From positions 1 through 64,000 of the forward strand of contig CAWFFU010000012.1 of the NCBI GenBank assembly GCA_963815215.1: a stretch of 64,000 bases of DNA. Reading direction: 5' to 3'. Source of the stretch: an uncultured Trueperaceae bacterium. GTDB taxonomy: Bacteria; Deinococcota; Deinococci; Deinococcales; Trueperaceae. Below are positions 61,274-64,000 of the stretch, piece by piece (the first letter of the stretch is position 1; the number at the start of each line of letters is the position of its first letter). Under the pieces are notes generated by a model, which saw only the letters and a program-made list of their open reading frames with translations, had not been told where the DNA came from and did not search any database. The position numbers were made by a program, and so were the translations under genes.

Positions 61274-61651
61274 CTAGCCGACCTCGGCGATCGCCTCGAT
61301 CTCGATGCCCACGTCCTTGGGGAGTCTCGCTACCTGCACGGCGCTGCGCGCCGGCGGCTCGGCCGAGAAGTAGCTGCCGTACACCTCGTTGACGGCCGCG
61401 AAGTCGTTCATGTCGGCCAGGAAGCAGGTGCACTTGACGGCGCGCTCGAGGCTCGAGCCGCCGGCCTCCAGCACCGCTCTGAGGTTCTCCATCACCTGGC
61501 GCGTCTGCGTGCGGATGTCACCCTCGACCAGCGTGCCGTCGGGCGTGAGCGGGATCTGGCCGGCGGTGAACAGCAGCCCGCCGACACGAACGGCCTGCGA
61601 GTAGGGGCCCACGGCGGCCGGAGCGGTGTCTGTCTTCACGACGGTTCTCAT
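61274..61651 (-). CDS. RidA family enamine/imine deaminase
   Basis: APAAVGPYSQA, GQIP, PARS.V.V..LP....IEIE. Confidence 0.93.
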   Translation of the reverse strand: MRTVVKTDTAPAAVGPYSQAVRVGGLLFTAGQIPLTPDGTLVEGDIRTQTRQVMENLRAVLEAGGSSLERAVKCTCFLADMNDFAAVNEVYGSYFSAEPPARSAVQVARLPKDVGIEIEAIAEVG

Positions 61652-61702
61652 GGGTCTTAGCCTAGCAGGGGCACGGGCGCCGGCCGTTGCCGCCCATGAC
61701 CG

Positions 61703-62686
61703 TCAGCCCCGCCACAGGCTGAACAGAAGGAACAGCAGCAGCAGGTAGAGCGACCCAAGGATCCAGATGCGGTAGGGGTACCAGGGGTGCCTGCGAATCC
61801 TGCCGAGCGGGCCGGTGGCCGGGTACTCGTCCTCGATGCGGCGGATGCCGCTCATGGTGTCGCTGATGTCGACCGACTCGGAGCCGGCGGCCACTTCGGG
61901 GAGGGAGTAGCGTTTGGGCCGCGGCTCCACCGCCCGGACCTCCACCACCACCGCGGTGACGTTGTCCGGTGCGCCGCGGTCGTTGGCTTCGGCGATGAGC
62001 TGGCGCGCCGCCTGTTCCGGTTCGGCCTCGGTGACGATCTGTTGCAGCATCGTTTCGGACAACAGCATGCTCACGCCGTCGCTCAGCAACAGGATGCGGT
62101 CGCCGGGCCGGACCTCGAAGTGGAGCACGTCGAGCCGGAACGTGGCGGTGGCGCCCAGAGCGTTGGTGATGACGTTGCGCCAGCGGTGCCGGCGCGCCTC
62201 GTCGGCGGTGAGCAACCCCTGCCGCACGCGGTCGGCGACCCAGCTGTGGTCGGCGGTGAGCTGGAGGATCTCGCCGGCGCGGACCAGGTAGGCGCGCGAA
62301 TCGCCCACGTGGCCGATGAGGCCGACCTGATCGTCGAGGTAGACGGCGGTGAGGGTGGTGCCCATGCCGCGCACCTCGGGGTGCTCGGCGGCGTAGTCGT
62401 AGACCTCGAAGTTCGCCGTCTGGGCGGCCTTGGCCAGTGCAACCGGAGGGAGCAGGCGGCTGCGCTCGAGCTCGCGGCGCAGAACCTCGACCGCCTTGCG
62501 GCTGGCGATCTCGCCCGCCCGGTGGCCGCCCATGCCGTCGGCGACCACCGCGAGGTAGCCCATGCCCGGCACGCGCCCGACGTAGAAGCTGTCCTGGTTG
62601 ACCTGCCTGACGCGCCCTTCCTCTGAGCGCCCAGCCCCCACGATCTGCGTGTCGGAAGGCGAGGGGGTGGGCTTCGGCGGTGACAT
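61703..62686 (-). CDS. PP2C-type Ser/Thr phosphatase with a C-terminal TM
   Basis: R..NQD, VADGMGGH, MGTT, HVGDSRAY, DHS, SDG, DNVT. Confidence 0.92.
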   Translation of the reverse strand: MSPPKPTPSPSDTQIVGAGRSEEGRVRQVNQDSFYVGRVPGMGYLAVVADGMGGHRAGEIASRKAVEVLRRELERSRLLPPVALAKAAQTANFEVYDYAAEHPEVRGMGTTLTAVYLDDQVGLIGHVGDSRAYLVRAGEILQLTADHSWVADRVRQGLLTADEARRHRWRNVITNALGATATFRLDVLHFEVRPGDRILLLSDGVSMLLSETMLQQIVTEAEPEQAARQLIAEANDRGAPDNVTAVVVEVRAVEPRPKRYSLPEVAAGSESVDISDTMSGIRRIEDEYPATGPLGRIRRHPWYPYRIWILGSLYLLLLFLLFSLWRG

Positions 62687-62793
62687 GCCCGTCCATTCTA
62701 GCCACCCGTGGCGCCGGCGTCACGATGAAACAGCGCACTCGAAGCCCGTGCGGGACGTACCTCCTGCTGAGTGCCTCTGGTATGCTCGGCGGC

Positions 62794-64000
62794 ATGACGA
62801 GCGCCTGGGAGTTGGCCCGCGAGGTGCGCGCAGGCAGGCGAAGCGCGGCAGGCGTGGTCGAGAACGCTCTGAGACGTGCCGAGGCGGCGGCGCCTCTGAA
62901 CGCGCTGCTGACCGTCGCCGCCGACCGCGCCCGCGAGCGTGCGCGGTCGGTCGACGCCACGGTGGCGGCGGGCGACGATCCGGGGCCGCTGGCGGGCGTC
63001 CCGCTGGTGGTGAAGGACAACCTGTGCCTGGAAGGGGTGCGCACCACTGCGGGCTCGCGGAGCCTGGAGGGGTTCGTACCGCCATACAGCGCGACCGCGG
63101 TGGAGCGGCTCGAGCGGGCCGGTGCGATCGTCATCGCCAAGGCCAACCTGGACGAGTTCGGGATGGGCTCGAGCAACGAGAACTCGGCCTTCGGCCCGGT
63201 GCGCAACCCGTGGGATCCGGAGCGCGTACCCGGCGGCTCATCGGGCGGCTCGGCGGCCGCCGTCGCTGCAGGGGTCGTACCGCTGGCGCTCGGCACCGAC
63301 ACCGGCGGCTCGGTGCGTCTTCCCGCCGCATTCTGCGGTGTGCTGGGCGTCAAGCCCACCTACGGCCGGGTCTCCCGTTACGGGCTCATCGCCTACGCCA
63401 GCTCGCTCGATCACATCGGCGTGTTGAGCCGCAGCAGCCGCGACGCGGCGTTGGCGCTGGCGGTCATGGCGGGCGTCGATGCCCGCGACGGTACCAGTCT
63501 GGAGGCCGACACGGACGCGTTGCGTGCCGTGGCGGGCCTGGCCGCGGATGGGCAGTCCTCCGCCGCGCCGGTGGCGGCCGACGGCGGAGGCGCCGGCGAC
63601 CTGCGGGGCGTGCGGGTGGCGGTGGTGCGGGAGCTGTCCGGCGCGGGCAACGCTTCCGGTGTCCTGCAGGGCCTGGAGCGTACGGTCGCGGCGTTACGCG
63701 CGCTCGGCGCCGAGGTGGTCGAGGCGAGTGTGCCGAGCGTCGAACACGCCGTGGCCGCGTACTACCTGGTGGCCACGGCCGAGGCGAGCAGCAACCTCGC
63801 CCGCTACGACGGCATGATCTATAGCACGCGCGAGGGCGAGGATTTCGAGGGCCAGGAGGCCGTCATGCGGCGCTCGCGCGGCCTCACCCTCGGCCGCGAG
63901 GTGCGCCGGCGCGTGCTGATGGGCAGCTTCGCGCTGTCGGCCGGCTACTACGATGCCTACTACGGTAAGGCCCTCAAGGTGCGCCGCGTCATCGCCGACG
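62794..64000 (+). CDS. gatA: Asp-tRNA(Asn)/Glu-tRNA(Gln) amidotransferase subunit A (runs off the right edge)
   Basis: Manual translation: VKDN, NLDEFGMGSS.E.S, PGGSSGGS, DTGGSVR.PA, KPTYGRVSRYG, EASSNLARYDG, SAGYYDAYY. Confidence 0.95.
   Translation, partial: MTSAWELAREVRAGRRSAAGVVENALRRAEAAAPLNALLTVAADRARERARSVDATVAAGDDPGPLAGVPLVVKDNLCLEGVRTTAGSRSLEGFVPPYSATAVERLERAGAIVIAKANLDEFGMGSSNENSAFGPVRNPWDPERVPGGSSGGSAAAVAAGVVPLALGTDTGGSVRLPAAFCGVLGVKPTYGRVSRYGLIAYASSLDHIGVLSRSSRDAALALAVMAGVDARDGTSLEADTDALRAVAGLAADGQSSAAPVAADGGGAGDLRGVRVAVVRELSGAGNASGVLQGLERTVAALRALGAEVVEASVPSVEHAVAAYYLVATAEASSNLARYDGMIYSTREGEDFEGQEAVMRRSRGLTLGREVRRRVLMGSFALSAGYYDAYYGKALKVRRVIAD

Noticed and set aside
49852..64000. 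gatA and gatB separated with no gatC in the window
   Set aside because: Dispersed gat genes are common in bacteria; not informative.
1..64000. Mobile elements, tRNA or rRNA
   Set aside because: No transposase, integrase, phage gene, cloverleaf or rRNA signature was recognised by eye.

Overview
GC-rich bacterial chromosome segment, inferred to be Deinococcota (Trueperaceae/Thermus-like) from its homoisocitrate dehydrogenase, ba3 oxidase, c552 and HemC-like sequences and from pervasive -10 boxes abutting start codons. Bases 1-18.8 kb hold a minus-strand surface-polysaccharide locus: Wzz-like regulator, rfbDCB, ugd, epimerase, rfbA, pseBCFGHI pseudaminic acid genes, wzx, a candidate nonulosonate transferase, wzy and a GT2. 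This locus is compositionally mosaic and carries many single-base frameshifts, probably read errors. The rest is mostly core genome: cell-division genes (amidase, YhcB-like, EnvC-like, ftsX), a STAND-type class III cyclase, DUF4388/HAMP signalling proteins, glyA, a ba3-type oxidase operon, EF-G2, ccdA, hemC-like, metK, gatB, AlaX, folE, sdhCDAB, PP2C and gatA. The most unusual items are: (1) a circularly permuted CcdA directly downstream of an active-site-degenerate HemC paralog with a new CxxC; (2) ba3 subunit II naturally fused to a c552-like cytochrome; (3) a PseH-MaoC hydratase fusion suggesting 3-hydroxybutyryl-pseudaminic acid; (4) a leaderless Pro-rich uORF coupled to an ftsX that has no adjacent ftsE; (5) minisatellites that repeat stop codons in all three frames. 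No rRNA, tRNA, CRISPR array or transposase was recognised. All family assignments are from motif recognition by eye, not database searches.
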